Shown here in pieces: positions 1-11,106 of a stretch of DNA of 64,000 nt. The DNA is from an uncultured Methanosarcinaceae archaeon (GTDB taxonomy: Archaea; Halobacteriota; Methanosarcinia; Methanosarcinales; Methanosarcinaceae): positions 267,592 to 331,591 of the forward strand of contig CAVSHT010000003.1 of assembly GCA_963727895.1 (NCBI GenBank). The letters run 5' to 3'. Each line of letters starts with the position of its first letter. The first letter of the stretch is position 1. The notes under the pieces are model-generated. The model ran no database searches. It worked only from the letters and a program-made list of their open reading frames with translations, and had not been told where the DNA came from. The position numbers and the translations under genes were made by a program.

Positions 1-1027
1 TGGAATAGATGCAGGTGCCGACAGATTGTGCTTCTGTGATACCGTAGGTCTTCTGGTACCTGAAAGGACCACCGAACTTTTCCGTGATCTTTCTTCTTCC
101 CTGAAAGCCCCTATAAGCATTCACTGTCACAATGATTTCGGTTTTGCAACTGCAAATACTGTTGCTGCCCTTGCAGCTGGGGCAAAGCAAGCCCATGTAA
201 CTATAAACGGATTAGGAGAAAGAGCTGGTAATGCCTCTATTGAAGAGGTTGTCATGAGCCTTGAATGGCTCTATAAGCATGATACAGGTATCAAACACGA
301 GATGATTTATCGGACTTCGAGGCTTGTAAGCAGGCTCACAGGCATTCCAGTGTCACCTAATAAGGCTCTTGTAGGTGGAAATGCTTTCACACATGAAGCA
401 GGTATTCATGTTCATGGTCTTTTAGCCGATAAAGCAACCTATGAGCCGATGAGTCCCGAATATATCGGTAGGCAGCGACAGATTGTACTTGGAAAACATG
501 CAGGACGCAGCTCGGTTACCCTTGCCTTAAAGGAAATGGGACTTGTGGCTGATGGCAGCCAGATTGAGGAGATTTTCAACCGCGTCAAGCAGATGGGTGA
601 CCAGGGAAAGCATGTAACTGATGCTGATCTTCAAACTATCGCAGAGACAGTACTGGATATCTATAAAGAACCAGTTGTAAAACTGGAAGAATTCACTATT
701 GTATCTGGAAACCGGGTGACTCCAACCGCATCAATAAAACTCAACGTAAAAGATAAAGCCATAGTGCAGGCAGGAATAGGTAACGGACCTGTAGATGCTG
801 TAATTAATGCTATCCGGAGAGCCGTAAGTTCCTGTGCCGAAGATATCATTCTTGAAGAATATCATGTAGACTCAATCACTGGCGGAACCGATGCCCTTGT
901 TGAAGTAAGGGTAAAACTTTCCAAGGATGGAAAAGTAGTTACCGCAAGTGGAGCCAGGACGGATATTATTATAGCTTCCGTAGAAGCTGTAATGAACGGT
1001 ATGAATCGCCTTATCCGAGTCGAATGA
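1..1027 (+). CDS. cimA: (R)-citramalate synthase / isopropylmalate synthase family, 5' end outside the window
   Basis: HCHNDFG, TINGLGERAGNA, HEAGIH and GKHAG motifs plus the LeuA-type C-terminal regulatory domain (GNGPVDA); directly upstream of ilvBNC. cimA rather than leuA is inferred from context. Confidence 0.75.
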   Translation, partial: GIDAGADRLCFCDTVGLLVPERTTELFRDLSSSLKAPISIHCHNDFGFATANTVAALAAGAKQAHVTINGLGERAGNASIEEVVMSLEWLYKHDTGIKHEMIYRTSRLVSRLTGIPVSPNKALVGGNAFTHEAGIHVHGLLADKATYEPMSPEYIGRQRQIVLGKHAGRSSVTLALKEMGLVADGSQIEEIFNRVKQMGDQGKHVTDADLQTIAETVLDIYKEPVVKLEEFTIVSGNRVTPTASIKLNVKDKAIVQAGIGNGPVDAVINAIRRAVSSCAEDIILEEYHVDSITGGTDALVEVRVKLSKDGKVVTASGARTDIIIASVEAVMNGMNRLIRVE

Positions 1028-1308
1028 TTCCAGAAAGGACAAATTTTAAAAATTTCTCAGGAGGGCTTTTTTGTCCTCTCTCTTTTTCCAATTGTATAAA
1101 TTTTAAAATAGCATCTTCTTGACGTTTCTGAAATCGGGATAAACACTTATCCATATATACCATGATTGATTATGAAATATTTGTGAAATTTATAACGAAA
1201 CATTTTTAGAGATAAATATTTCTGATAAATGCACTCTAACTGGATACTCACCTCAAGATGAGTATCCAGTTAGATCTAAATTTAAATCAGATTAAAAGGA
1301 GTTTAATA

Positions 1309-3075
1309 ATGACAACCGGGTCAACAGAAAAAGTTAATGGCGCAAGGGCTCTGATAAAGTGCCTGGAAGAAGAAGGGGTTGACACCATCTTCGGATATCC
1401 AGGAGGGCAAATCATTCCCTTCTATAACGAACTTTATGATTCGAATTTGCGCCATATACTTGTGCGCCATGAACAGGCAGCAGCTCACGCTGCAGACGGG
1501 TACGCTCGCGCTACTGGAAAGACCGGGGTCTGCGTTTCCACTTCAGGTCCCGGAGCAACTAACTTGGTAACAGGCATTGCTACCGCATATATGGATTCAG
1601 TACCTATTGTAGCCTTAACAGGCCAGGTTCCGACGTTTTTGATAGGTAATGATGCCTTCCAGGAAGCCGATATTACGGGAATTACCCAGCCCATTACCAA
1701 GCACAACTACCTCATTCAGGATGCAAAAGAACTCCCACGAATTGTAAAAGAGGCTTTCCATATTGCTTCTACTGGAAGGCCTGGCCCGGTATTAGTAGAC
1801 ATTCCAAAAGACGTACAGAATATGGAGATTGACTTTTACTATCCTGACAAAGTAGAACTTAGAGGGTATAAGCCAACTTACAAAGGTAATGCTCAACAGA
1901 TCAAAAGAGCTGCTGAGGAAATCGCAAATTCCTGTATGCCTATTATTTATGCCGGCGGCGGTGTGATAAGTTCTAATTCAAGCGCCGAGCTTGTGGAACT
2001 GGCTGAGACAGTTAATGCTCCGGTTACAACCACCCTTATGGGAATAGGCTCGATTCCTACAGAACATCCACTCTATGTAGGAATGCTTGGAATGCACGGG
2101 AGCAAATACGCAAACTACGCAATTCAAGAATCGGATCTTATTATTGCTGTAGGCGCAAGGTTCGATGATCGTGTTACTGGAAAACTCGATTCTTTTGCTC
2201 CAAATGCCAGGGTTATCCATATTGATGTCGATCCTGCAGAGATCTCCAAAAATGTAAAGGTTCACATCCCAATAGTTGGAGATGCAAAACAGATACTTAA
2301 ATCTCTGAATAAACATATACGCCTCTGTAATTCCAAAGCCTGGCTTGAGAAAATAAACCAGTGGAAAAAAGAGTATCCATTGAGCTATACACAGGTTTCA
2401 TCTGACGTTGTCATGCCTCAGTTCGTTATTGAACAGATATCTGAGGCCTGCAAGGATGCAATTATAGTTACTGAAGTCGGTCAGCACCAGATGTGGGCTG
2501 CTCAGTTCTTCAAATATAAAGAACCGAGGACTTTTATTACCTCAGGAGGGCTTGGCACAATGGGCTATGGTTTCCCTGCAGCTATAGGAGCTAAGGTTGG
2601 CAGACCGGATAAAACGGTTATCAACATTGCAGGAGACGGATCTTTCCAAATGAACTCTCAGGAGCTTGCAACCGTAGTTCAAAATGATATCCCAGTTGTT
2701 TCTGTAATTCTTAATAACGGTTATCTGGGTATGGTCAGGCAGTGGCAGGAACTTTTCTATGAAAAGCGGTATTCTCACACTTACATCAAGGGCAGTGTTG
2801 ATTTCGTTAAACTTGCCGAGGCCTACGGAGCCCTTGGATTGCGTGCGGAAAAGCCGTCTGAGGTAAGGCCTGCAATTGAAGAAGCTGTTAATTCAGGTAG
2901 ACCTGCTGTTGTTGAAGTCATTGTTGAGTGTGAAGCAAACGTTTATCCTATGGTGCCGGCTGGAGCTGCAATTAATGAAATTCTTGATACGGAAGAACAT
3001 GCAGACACTCCTTGCGCTATGCCTAATCTGCGCATGGTAACAGCTGATAGAGTTCTTGATCTGGAGGAACAGTGA
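1309..3075 (+). CDS. ilvB: Acetolactate synthase large subunit
   Basis: [29 protein letters not shown] and the TPP motif [11 protein letters not shown] at 1309 follows an AAGGAG RBS. Confidence 0.95.
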   Translation: MTTGSTEKVNGARALIKCLEEEGVDTIFGYPGGQIIPFYNELYDSNLRHILVRHEQAAAHAADGYARATGKTGVCVSTSGPGATNLVTGIATAYMDSVPIVALTGQVPTFLIGNDAFQEADITGITQPITKHNYLIQDAKELPRIVKEAFHIASTGRPGPVLVDIPKDVQNMEIDFYYPDKVELRGYKPTYKGNAQQIKRAAEEIANSCMPIIYAGGGVISSNSSAELVELAETVNAPVTTTLMGIGSIPTEHPLYVGMLGMHGSKYANYAIQESDLIIAVGARFDDRVTGKLDSFAPNARVIHIDVDPAEISKNVKVHIPIVGDAKQILKSLNKHIRLCNSKAWLEKINQWKKEYPLSYTQVSSDVVMPQFVIEQISEACKDAIIVTEVGQHQMWAAQFFKYKEPRTFITSGGLGTMGYGFPAAIGAKVGRPDKTVINIAGDGSFQMNSQELATVVQNDIPVVSVILNNGYLGMVRQWQELFYEKRYSHTYIKGSVDFVKLAEAYGALGLRAEKPSEVRPAIEEAVNSGRPAVVEVIVECEANVYPMVPAGAAINEILDTEEHADTPCAMPNLRMVTADRVLDLEEQ

Positions 3076-3560
3076 TGAAGCACACACTTGCAGTCCTTGT
3101 GGAAAATAAGTCTGGAGTTCTCTCCAGGGTTGCCTCTCTTTTTTCAAGGCGAGGATATAATATCGACAGTCTGGCTGTAGGAGTTACGGAAGATCCAGAA
3201 ATTTCTAGAATGACTATTGTGGTTCAGGGAGATGATCAGGTTCTAGAGCAGGTCACAAAACAGCTGAACAAGCTCATAGATGTTATTAAAGTCTCGGATA
3301 TCGGAGCTGATGATGCGGTTGAAAGGGAACTTGCGCTCATCAAGGTCTCTGCTGATGTGACTTCAAGAGCTGAAATTATCCAGATTGTAAACATTTTCAG
3401 GGCAAGAATAGTGGATGTTGCTCCCAAGTCCATAACTGTTGAAGTTACAGGAGATGAAAGCAAAATAAATGCGATTGAAAAACTCCTTCGGCAGTTTGGA
3501 ATTAAAGAAATGGTTCGAACAGGTAAGATTGCTCTGGGTCGCGGCCCAAAGAAGGTTTAA
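3072..3560 (+). CDS. ilvN: Acetolactate synthase small (regulatory) subunit
   Basis: ACT domain [26 protein letters not shown]; overlaps the ilvB stop (GTGATG). Confidence 0.95.
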   Translation: MMKHTLAVLVENKSGVLSRVASLFSRRGYNIDSLAVGVTEDPEISRMTIVVQGDDQVLEQVTKQLNKLIDVIKVSDIGADDAVERELALIKVSADVTSRAEIIQIVNIFRARIVDVAPKSITVEVTGDESKINAIEKLLRQFGIKEMVRTGKIALGRGPKKV

Positions 3561-3841
3561 ATAATAAGGACAGGTAAAGAAAGGTAGCTGCTTAATAATT
3601 TTATCGATTGGGGCGTCTAGAAGCGTTTTGAATAGACGAGAAGTTTCATTTAAGGCAGGTCTGGGTTTTCAGGCATCTGCTGAAACTTCAAAAATTGTCC
3701 CTCTCTAAATAAAGCAACTTCCTAACATCTATACAAATCAAATCAATTCACAGGGAAGTTAACGGATTTCATGATATTATACTTCCCCCAAAATAATTGG
3801 AGCTTTGCTCAAAACTGAAAAATTAATCAGGAGAATCTAAT

Positions 3842-4849
3842 ATGGCTACAATAATTTATGATAGTGAGACTACTTTTGATGCACTTAAGGACAGGACTAT
3901 CGCAGTAATGGGTTATGGGAGTCAGGGACATGCTCACGCCCGTAATCTCCATGAGTCTGGACTCAATGTTATTGTTGGGCTCAGAAACGGCAGTTCAAGC
4001 TGGGCAAAGGCTGAGGGCGACGGCCTGAAAGTCATGACTGTTTCAGAGGCTGCAAAAGCTGCAGATTTTATCATGGTCCTCCTTCCGGACGAAAAACAGG
4101 CTTCTGTCTATTATTCTGAAATCGAGCCAAATCTGGAAGTAGGTAATGCACTTGCTTTTGCGCACGGTTTCAATATTCACTATAGCCAGATTGTTCCCCC
4201 GAAAAACGTTGATGTTGTCATGATTGCTCCCAAAGGTCCTGGTCACATTGTGAGAAGAACCTACACCGAAGGTATCGGAGTGCCAGCCCTGATTGCAGTC
4301 TACCAGGATGCAACAGGAAATGCCAGGGAAATTGCTCTTTCTTACGCCAAAGGTATCGGTGCAACCAGAGCAGGTGTCTATGAGACTACTTTCCGTGAAG
4401 AAACAGAAACCGACCTTTTCGGAGAACAGGTTGATCTGTGTGGAGGAATTTCATCTCTTATCAAGACCGCTTTTGAAGTTCTTGTTGAGGCAGGATACCA
4501 GCCTGAAATGGCATATTTCGAAACATGTCACGAGGTCAAGCTCATTGTCGACCTTATCTATGAAGGCGGGCTTGAGAGAATGTGGCATTCTGTTTCCAAC
4601 ACTGCAGAATACGGTGGTATGACTGTCGGTCCAACTATTATTAATGATGAGTCACGCGAAGCCATGTATGAAGCTCTGGCAAGAATTCAGAACGGCGAGT
4701 TTGCCAAGGAATTCGTGCTTGAAGGAATGGTCAACCATCCTGTGCTCAAAGCCATGGAACGCCAGGAAAAGGAACACCAGCTTGAAGTTGTCGGAAAACA
4801 AATCCGCGCAAACATCCCCTGGCTCAACAAGAAGATTGACGACGACTGA
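3842..4849 (+). CDS. ilvC: Ketol-acid reductoisomerase
   Basis: [42 protein letters not shown]. Confidence 0.97.
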   Translation: MATIIYDSETTFDALKDRTIAVMGYGSQGHAHARNLHESGLNVIVGLRNGSSSWAKAEGDGLKVMTVSEAAKAADFIMVLLPDEKQASVYYSEIEPNLEVGNALAFAHGFNIHYSQIVPPKNVDVVMIAPKGPGHIVRRTYTEGIGVPALIAVYQDATGNAREIALSYAKGIGATRAGVYETTFREETETDLFGEQVDLCGGISSLIKTAFEVLVEAGYQPEMAYFETCHEVKLIVDLIYEGGLERMWHSVSNTAEYGGMTVGPTIINDESREAMYEALARIQNGEFAKEFVLEGMVNHPVLKAMERQEKEHQLEVVGKQIRANIPWLNKKIDDD

Positions 4850-4921
4850 TTTTGTTGTTTGACAGCCTTTATACAGAAGATTCATAAATCTGTAAATAGA
4901 AAATCAATCCGGAGGGAAATA

Positions 4922-5464
4922 ATGCCAGTAACAGGAGAAAACAAAGTCATTGACACTATCCTCAATAGAAGGAGTGTCAGAGAGTTTACGGACAAACCTG
5001 TCAGCAAGGAAGATATTAACACTATCCTTAATGCAGGTCATTGGGCGCCTTCCGGATTGAATAACCAGCCCTGGCGTTTCGTTGTTATCAGGGATCGTGA
5101 AACTATCCAGAAACTCTCGGAATGCACGCATTATTCAGGTATTGTGGCAGGAGCTCCTCTGATTATTGCTACTTTTCTGGACAATGAAACTTCTTACAAC
5201 AGGACAAAAGATATTGAGGCAATAGGGGCAGCAATTGAGAATATGCTCCTTACTTGCTGTGGACTGGGTCTTGGCGGAGTCTGGCTTGGAGAAATCCTGA
5301 ATCAAAAGGAAAAGGTCAATTCCATTCTGGAATGTCCTTCTGATTTTGAGCTGATGTCTGCTCTTGCAATTGGGGAACCAGTTCCTAAAGAAAGAACTTC
5401 AACACGCAGGCCTCTTTCAGAAATAGTGTTTGATGAAAAGTACGGCCAGAAATGGGAAGAGTAA
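4922..5464 (+). CDS. Nitroreductase family protein
   Basis: RRSVREF, APSGLNNQPWRF, GLGGVW motifs; ATG at 4922 follows GGAGGG. Confidence 0.88.
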   Translation: MPVTGENKVIDTILNRRSVREFTDKPVSKEDINTILNAGHWAPSGLNNQPWRFVVIRDRETIQKLSECTHYSGIVAGAPLIIATFLDNETSYNRTKDIEAIGAAIENMLLTCCGLGLGGVWLGEILNQKEKVNSILECPSDFELMSALAIGEPVPKERTSTRRPLSEIVFDEKYGQKWEE

Positions 5465-5633
5465 ACCTATCCTGATATTTTCAGGCTAGTTTCCCTTTCA
5501 ATTTGTTTTTATTCATTAAATATGCTTTAATTCCGTTAGGGATTAAGTTTATAAGCCATTTAACACTATTACCAGCCAGGTGACTCATCTTAGTTTCGTT
5601 TGTCAGTTGGCTGATCCAAACTTTTTCGTGTAA

Positions 5634-5705
5634 AGGTCTGTAGTGTAGAGGATATCACTGGAGCCTCCGGAGCTTCGAACCTGGGTTCGATTCCCAGCAG
5701 ACCTG
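5634..5705 (+). tRNA. tRNA-Arg(CCG), intronless
   Basis: Acceptor stem AGGTCTG/CAGACCT with discriminator G; anticodon arm GGAGC-CT CCG GA-GCTTC; T arm CTGGG-TTCGATT-CCCAG; TTTATAAG box near 5548; T-run downstream. Confidence 0.93.
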
Positions 5706-5823
5706 TTTTTAAAAAATTGATTTAATTGATTTTATTTTTATATTATTCCTGGCATAAGGTATGAAGACAGAAAGTAAAAACAAAATATCAAAAAACATAA
5801 TCGGTTTTGAAGGTGTTTATATA

Positions 5824-6003
5824 ATGTCTAGAGGATTAAATCGTCGCTTTCTGCGTGCTGGAAGAAGGATATCTTTAGTTCAGTTAATTCTCATAGCGAT
5901 AATACTTTACTTTTTACTGAGAATTCTTTTACCGCTTTTGTGGACTCTCTTTTTGATTGTCGTTCTGATTATACTGTTGAAAGTAGTGCTGGATAATTTT
6001 TAA
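5824..6003 (+). CDS. Small membrane protein (59 aa): basic N-terminus and two hydrophobic helices
   Basis: ATG 5824 after GAAGGTG; MSRGLNRRFLRAGRR followed by a long Leu/Ile-rich stretch. Confidence 0.6.
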   Translation: MSRGLNRRFLRAGRRISLVQLILIAIILYFLLRILLPLLWTLFLIVVLIILLKVVLDNF

Positions 6004-6629
6004 TTAATTTTTGATTCACTTCAGATATTTCTGAACTTTTGGATGTTGGAACGTATTATCTAGAAACAGAAGTAAATTAGTAACTATATACTGAATAGTT
6101 ACTATTATTTTTTAGCTAATTTCTTCATCAAATTCAATTTTGCCTGAATATTGAGGGTTTCTACAGAGCCAAAAAAGAAAAAAGAGAAGAGAATATGGGG
6201 GGAATAAATTTCTCTTTTCTAGGGAAAACTGTTAAAGACGTAATAATTAAAAAACTTTTGAAAGTATATTTAATATCGTCAGGAAACTCTATAAATTCAA
6301 AGGATGGCTAAAAAACTAGAATCTCAAAAGTCTGTTACTAAGAATTAGCTTGCTATTATAATTTGCAGGGAAGCTCTCCCCCAAAAGCTCCCTGAGCATT
6401 CACAAAAAGAGGTTTATTTTACACACTCTAAATACAACCTATTATCTTATCAAAATTACAGAAGAAATTTTTCTGAATATTATTTCGAGATAAAAGAAGT
6501 TGAATAGTTTAAATCACTGAGTAAATTAGAAAGCTATTGAAACTCCAGGAAACAAAAAGCTATGGTGGATATTCTGGTGGTAATTGCACTCTGAAATTAT
6601 GAATAGATAATTGAGAAAAATTTTTGGGA

Positions 6630-7648
6630 TTATTTAAAACGGTTGTATTTCTTATGCGCCTGTTCAGCCGTTATTATATTAAAAACAAGGGCATTGATAC
6701 TTAAACATAGTTATATACTATTAGAAAGTATATTTCTTCATGAACTGCCCCAGATGCAATAGTTCCAGTCACAAAAAGAACGGTATAGTTGGTGGTCGTC
6801 AACGGTACAAATGCCATGATTGTGGATATAACTATACAGTAGAGCTAAAATCAACTGCTTTTTTCGCCTCTGTTAAAAAACAGGCTTTACAACTTTACCT
6901 TGAAGGATTGGGCTTTCGTTCAATAGGACGATTTTTAGGGGTGAGTCATGTTTCTGTCCAAAGATGGATCAAGAAATTTGGTCCGGAGTTAGAGGACCTA
7001 AAAAGTGAAAATGAGATATCTATTGTTGAAATGGATGAAATGCACACTTACATCGGTAACAAAAAAATATTGCTGGATCTGGATTGCTGTTGATAGAGTT
7101 GGGAAAAAGTTCATCAACTGCTCTTTTGGCAGCAGAGGAACGGAAACTGGAAAACTACTCTGGGAAAAATTGAAGAAAAAAGACATTGGAGAAGTGATGA
7201 CAGATCACTGGAGAGCATATGCAGAGTTTCTTCCTGAAACGATTCATACTCAATCAAAAGCAGAAACGTATACTGTTGAAGGAGATATAACAGCATATTG
7301 AGGCATTTTTTAGCAAGGTTGAGAAGAAAGACAAAGTGTTATACAAAAAGTCTTGAAATGCTAAAGTACTCGGTTATTCTATTGATGAAATACAGAAATA
7401 AAGAACTAGATATAGTTAAGTAACAATGCCAAAACAAGAGCTTCACTTCTTTCAAAATCAATTTCATATAAAATACGAAAATCGCCTACCTGAAGCCGAT
7501 AAACTGTCTTATGACTTCCTTTTACCTCTTTTTTGTTTCCCCCTGGCAAGGGATCTTTTAGTTCACGAAGAGCCTCTTTTATTTGATCCCTTCGATTTAC
7601 AGGAACATTTTCGAAGACCTTAGGGTGAATCAGAACTTTAAAGGTCAT
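6630..7648 (-). pseudogene. RelE/ParE-family toxin interrupted by IS1
   Basis: The 5' part (MTFKVLIHPK...YRLQVGDFRILYEID...SEALV) rejoins in frame across the IS with FNIITAEQAHKKYNRFK-stop at 6630-6689. Confidence 0.85.
6690..7430 (+). mobile_element. IS1-family insertion sequence, copy 1 (741 bp)
   Basis: Terminal inverted repeats GGCATTGATACTT / AAGTAACAATGCC; 8-bp target duplication AAAACAAG (6682-6689, 7431-7438); InsA zinc-finger ORF 6740-7093 with an A-run slippery site into InsB; extra 2-bp insertion near 7283. Confidence 0.95.
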
Positions 7649-7832
7649 CGATGCTCACGAACTCGTCACGATGTTCTTTTATGAGCTTATCACCTTAGTC
7701 TATAAGTTTATTGCAGTTGTGTTCATGGATCAATTTTCGTATAACGGTATTATAGTCATCACCCATTTTCCCAATGTTTTTTAACTCCTCGCGAGTGTCT
7801 TTAGATATCTGTATAGTTGTAGTTTCTGACAT
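7638..7832 (-). pseudogene. Putative antitoxin with an internal ochre stop
   Basis: Manual translation MSETTTIQISKDTREELKNIGKMGDDYNTVIRKLIHEHNCNKLID*GDKLIKEHRDEFVSIDDL*; TAA at 7695-7697; 3' end overlaps the toxin start. Confidence 0.75.
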
Positions 7833-8387
7833 AATAGTCACTATAACTATTATGGTATTTATAACATATGATGTACAGTGAAATAAATTATTAAGGTAGT
7901 CATGCAGATGTAATTATTGAAAGAACGCGCCATGAAGACTATCCATCTGAACTCAAAAACCCCATTCTGCTAGTATATAGGAATATTCAAGTCAATTTCG
8001 ATTTTTAAAAACAGACTGTATGAAAAATTTTGAAATCTGAAATTTTACTGCGAAAAGTGAGTTTTATTTTCAGGTTCACTGTTTAACTTTTAGAATATGT
8101 CGTTTTTACATTTCATTTTAAAAATGTCTCAAAGCGGCTTAGAATGATATATTTTTTTTACTGTTAATGGCAACACAAAAACGCAATGAGAAAGGAATCC
8201 AGAAAAACTCAAAAATGCAGTAATTTTCCTGTAAAAATACTACATTTCATAAACGTAGTTTTTCTCAAAAACTCTACATTTTGTCCTTGGATTAACCAAA
8301 TTTCACTCAAATTCCCCTTAATACTCCTAGGGAATACATAGTTTTACAACAAAACTTGTACATCGAATAAACTGCAAAAATAAACAG

Positions 8388-9839
8388 ATTTAGCATGAAA
8401 GTACATGAGGAGATTATCCTCACGTGCTCTCTTGATCCTTTTTCCCCATAATCGCAAATATTTCACTAATTATTTTAATCCGTTCATCAACCGAAAAAAT
8501 CTCAGTCTCAATAATCTTTCTCTTTTGGATTTCTCTTTTGATATCCGGTTTCATCTTCGTCCATCTCATCGTTTGTAATAAGATGCCATAGTATCGTTGC
8601 AATTTTCCTTGCTAAGGCAATAATTGCTTTTGCATGTCCAATCGACTTCTTTTTTCTGTTAAAAAACTCTTTTAACCTGCTATTCTTCTTTCTTGCTGCT
8701 GCTTGAGCAATCTGTGTCAGAATCCACCTTGCTACTTTTGATCCCCTCTTTGTGATTCTGCCGTTATAGTATTTATCTGCAGATTGATACACATTAGGAA
8801 CTAGACCAAGCCAAGAAGCAAGCTTATTTCCAGAAGAAAAATCCTTAAAGTTGCCTATTTCAGCAAGTAAAATTGCCGCACCAAGTTCCCCTATACCTGG
8901 AACTGACATTAAAATCTCCATTTCTCGCTTATGATTTCGAGAAGCATAATTAAAAATTTCTTTTTCTAAAGCTTCGAGTTCATCATCAAGACTTTTTATG
9001 AGTTTCAGACAGATCTGAAGTCTGAATGCAGCACTTTGAGAAATTTCTCGATCAAGAATTTCTCTTATCTGAGCAGCTTTTTTCCGAACATTTGGAGAGA
9101 GGCTTGCAATAATCTGATCAACACTCTTACCTGAAGAGATTCCTAATAAGATCATTCTGCCATTCTTGCCAAAAACGTCTGTCAGCACATTATTCAGGTG
9201 TAGCATTTCAGATGCAAGAATTGAATTTCAGATGCAAGAATTGAGTGAACTTTATTTTTTAAATCTGTTCTTTTTTGTACAAGTGTTAACCGAAGTCGAA
9301 CATATGATCTAAAATCTATATGATCCTTTGGAAAAACTCTTGATGGCTGAATCATATTATTAAGTGCAAGTTGTGCAATGACTTCTGAGTCAATCTTATC
9401 TGTTTTTTATGGGTAAATACCTTCATATCTCGCGCATTTCCAACTATCACAGTTAGATGCTTTACCAATGAATCATGAATCGGAACCCAAAAGTAGCTGG
9501 TTGATTCACATGCAACAACATCACATTTTTCTGATATTACCCAATTTTTAAGGGCTAAAATTCCTTCATCATCTCTGTTGAAGCGTTGCTGTTGTTTTTC
9601 ACCAGATATACTGAGAATTGTAGCAATGAAAAAGAGTTTGTGAATGTCTAAACCACAAGCTTTGTTATGACTTCAATCAAATTAGATCACCAAATTTATT
9701 TGGGCAGTGGAATTGCCTAAAAGGCCAATTTAGCATCCGTGATCAAAGTCACACTTGAGCCTTCGATGGCAATTCACTGATTAGTTTTAGGACGGTTTTG
9801 AAAAACCAAAATCGAGACAACCTTACTGCCCAAGGTAAT
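8388..9839 (-). mobile_element. IS110-family element (ends approximate)
   Basis: Contains an IS110 transposase and a ~150-nt structured non-coding region upstream; no terminal inverted repeats; ends inferred from a putative AT core at 8388-8389 and 9838-9839. Confidence 0.7.
8420..9680 (-). pseudogene. IS110-family transposase/recombinase, frameshifted
   Basis: N-terminal DEDD domain (ACGLDIHK, ACESTS, TDKIDSE) and C-terminal SVPGIG...LASWLGLVPNVYQSA...ITKRGS...IALARK; several indels plus a 20-bp tandem duplication at 9205-9244. Confidence 0.85.
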
Positions 9840-9968
9840 GAGGACTTAATAGTCAAAAAAAAGAACGGAGAGTACTGTCATTAGTTGTGCTTGTTATTCG
9901 AAGAAAAGCATGTGCGTTGTAGGGGTGAGTCATGTGCAGTAGATATTAATAATATTTTCATATAATGT

Positions 9969-10803
9969 CTAGTTAGACAGCTCAGAATGAAACACTTCTT
10001 TATTCAGTCCATATGTTTTTACTAGAAATTTTACTTTCTCTAAGAACTCATTGGGTGACGTGGGAGATATGTATATTTTTTCAACTAATGTGTCTAATGA
10101 AATATTAACGTACATTCCTTTACGTTCTACATTTTCGTCATCGTCTTCTTCTTTTTCTGTATCCTCAAATGCAACTATGGCTCTGATCTCTTTTTCTTCT
10201 ACGAAATCTTTTTATCTTTTGTATAAGAAAGGGCAATAATCATTTCCAAGAACTATTTTTAATTCTTCGTTAATAGGTTATTTTTCCGAGAAATACTGTA
10301 GGCTTATTATTACTAAAACAGTCTTGTAATCTTTTAAAATTTGATTGAATTGCAATGCCTGTCTCTTTTTCAGTGTACTTATCCCACATATATTTTGACT
10401 CGCATTCATTCATATGAAAGCATTTTATAACAATTTCGTTCCTTGAACGATTTTTTCGCATATTGAGTATAATTTGTATCACTGGCACTTCTATATCTTT
10501 ACCACTGTAGTTATCTATCAGATCTTTAAAAAGTTAAATGGTATCAATGTCTGTATCTGTATTGTAAAGTTCAGTTAACAATATTTGTATATTTTCGTCT
10601 TTGCATCTATCCCGAAGCTCATGAATTGTGTTAAAGTCGGCATCAGTGGGACAACCTTCCCTAGGATCATCAAAAGAATTAGGACTTGAATAAAATAGCT
10701 TTTTAGTTTCTAACAATTCAACAAAATGTTTATATTTCATATAATGCCATATTTTTACCGAATCATTATCAGGCAGTTTGAAATATTTGTGCTCTTGATA
10801 CAT
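9969..10803 (-). pseudogene. DUF2971-like hypothetical protein, fragmented
   Basis: Pieces IWHYM...FDDPREG, CFHMNECESKYMWDKY...GIAIQS, PFLYKR*KDFVEEKEIRAIV...LVEKIYISP; frameshifts and one in-frame TAA; low GC. Confidence 0.6.
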
Positions 10804-10855
10804 AATGTGAAATCCTTTTATATTTGATTAATTTTGATGAAAAAAATTAGTTAAT

Positions 10856-10985
10856 GAGTTATCTCGAAACTCAAAGGTTGATTTTTGAATCTCGTATTTG
10901 GAGCAGTCAATCGAATATATGATCAGGGGGAATGACTCTGAAAACTCCTGATGATTTAGAATAAAACAGGTTTTGGGATAGGCTC
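10856..10985. mobile_element. MITE-like element (~130 bp)
   Basis: Imperfect terminal inverted repeats GAGTTATCTCGAAAC / GTTTTGGGATAGGCTC with no ORF between them. Confidence 0.6.
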
Positions 10986-11106
10986 TATGAGAAACGCATA
11001 GGAACTTGTTATACTTTTTCTGTTCGAGTTTTTACTCACTCAAAAAATAGAACATTACAATATTTAATAGCCTTTTAATTAAAAAAGAAACCAGAATATT
11101 CTGGCT

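Noticed and set aside
5573..5614. Hairpin CAGCCA..TGAC/GTCA..TGGCTG upstream of the tRNA as a separate ncRNA
   Set aside because: Short, imperfect stem that is most simply part of the pre-tRNA leader.
6304..6540. Frame that is open for 78 codons if two TAGs are read through
   Set aside because: No recognisable family or RBS; lies in decayed AT-rich DNA.
5634..11100. Intact tRNA-integrated element or provirus
   Set aside because: No integrase or viral genes, and I saw no duplicated tRNA 3' end.
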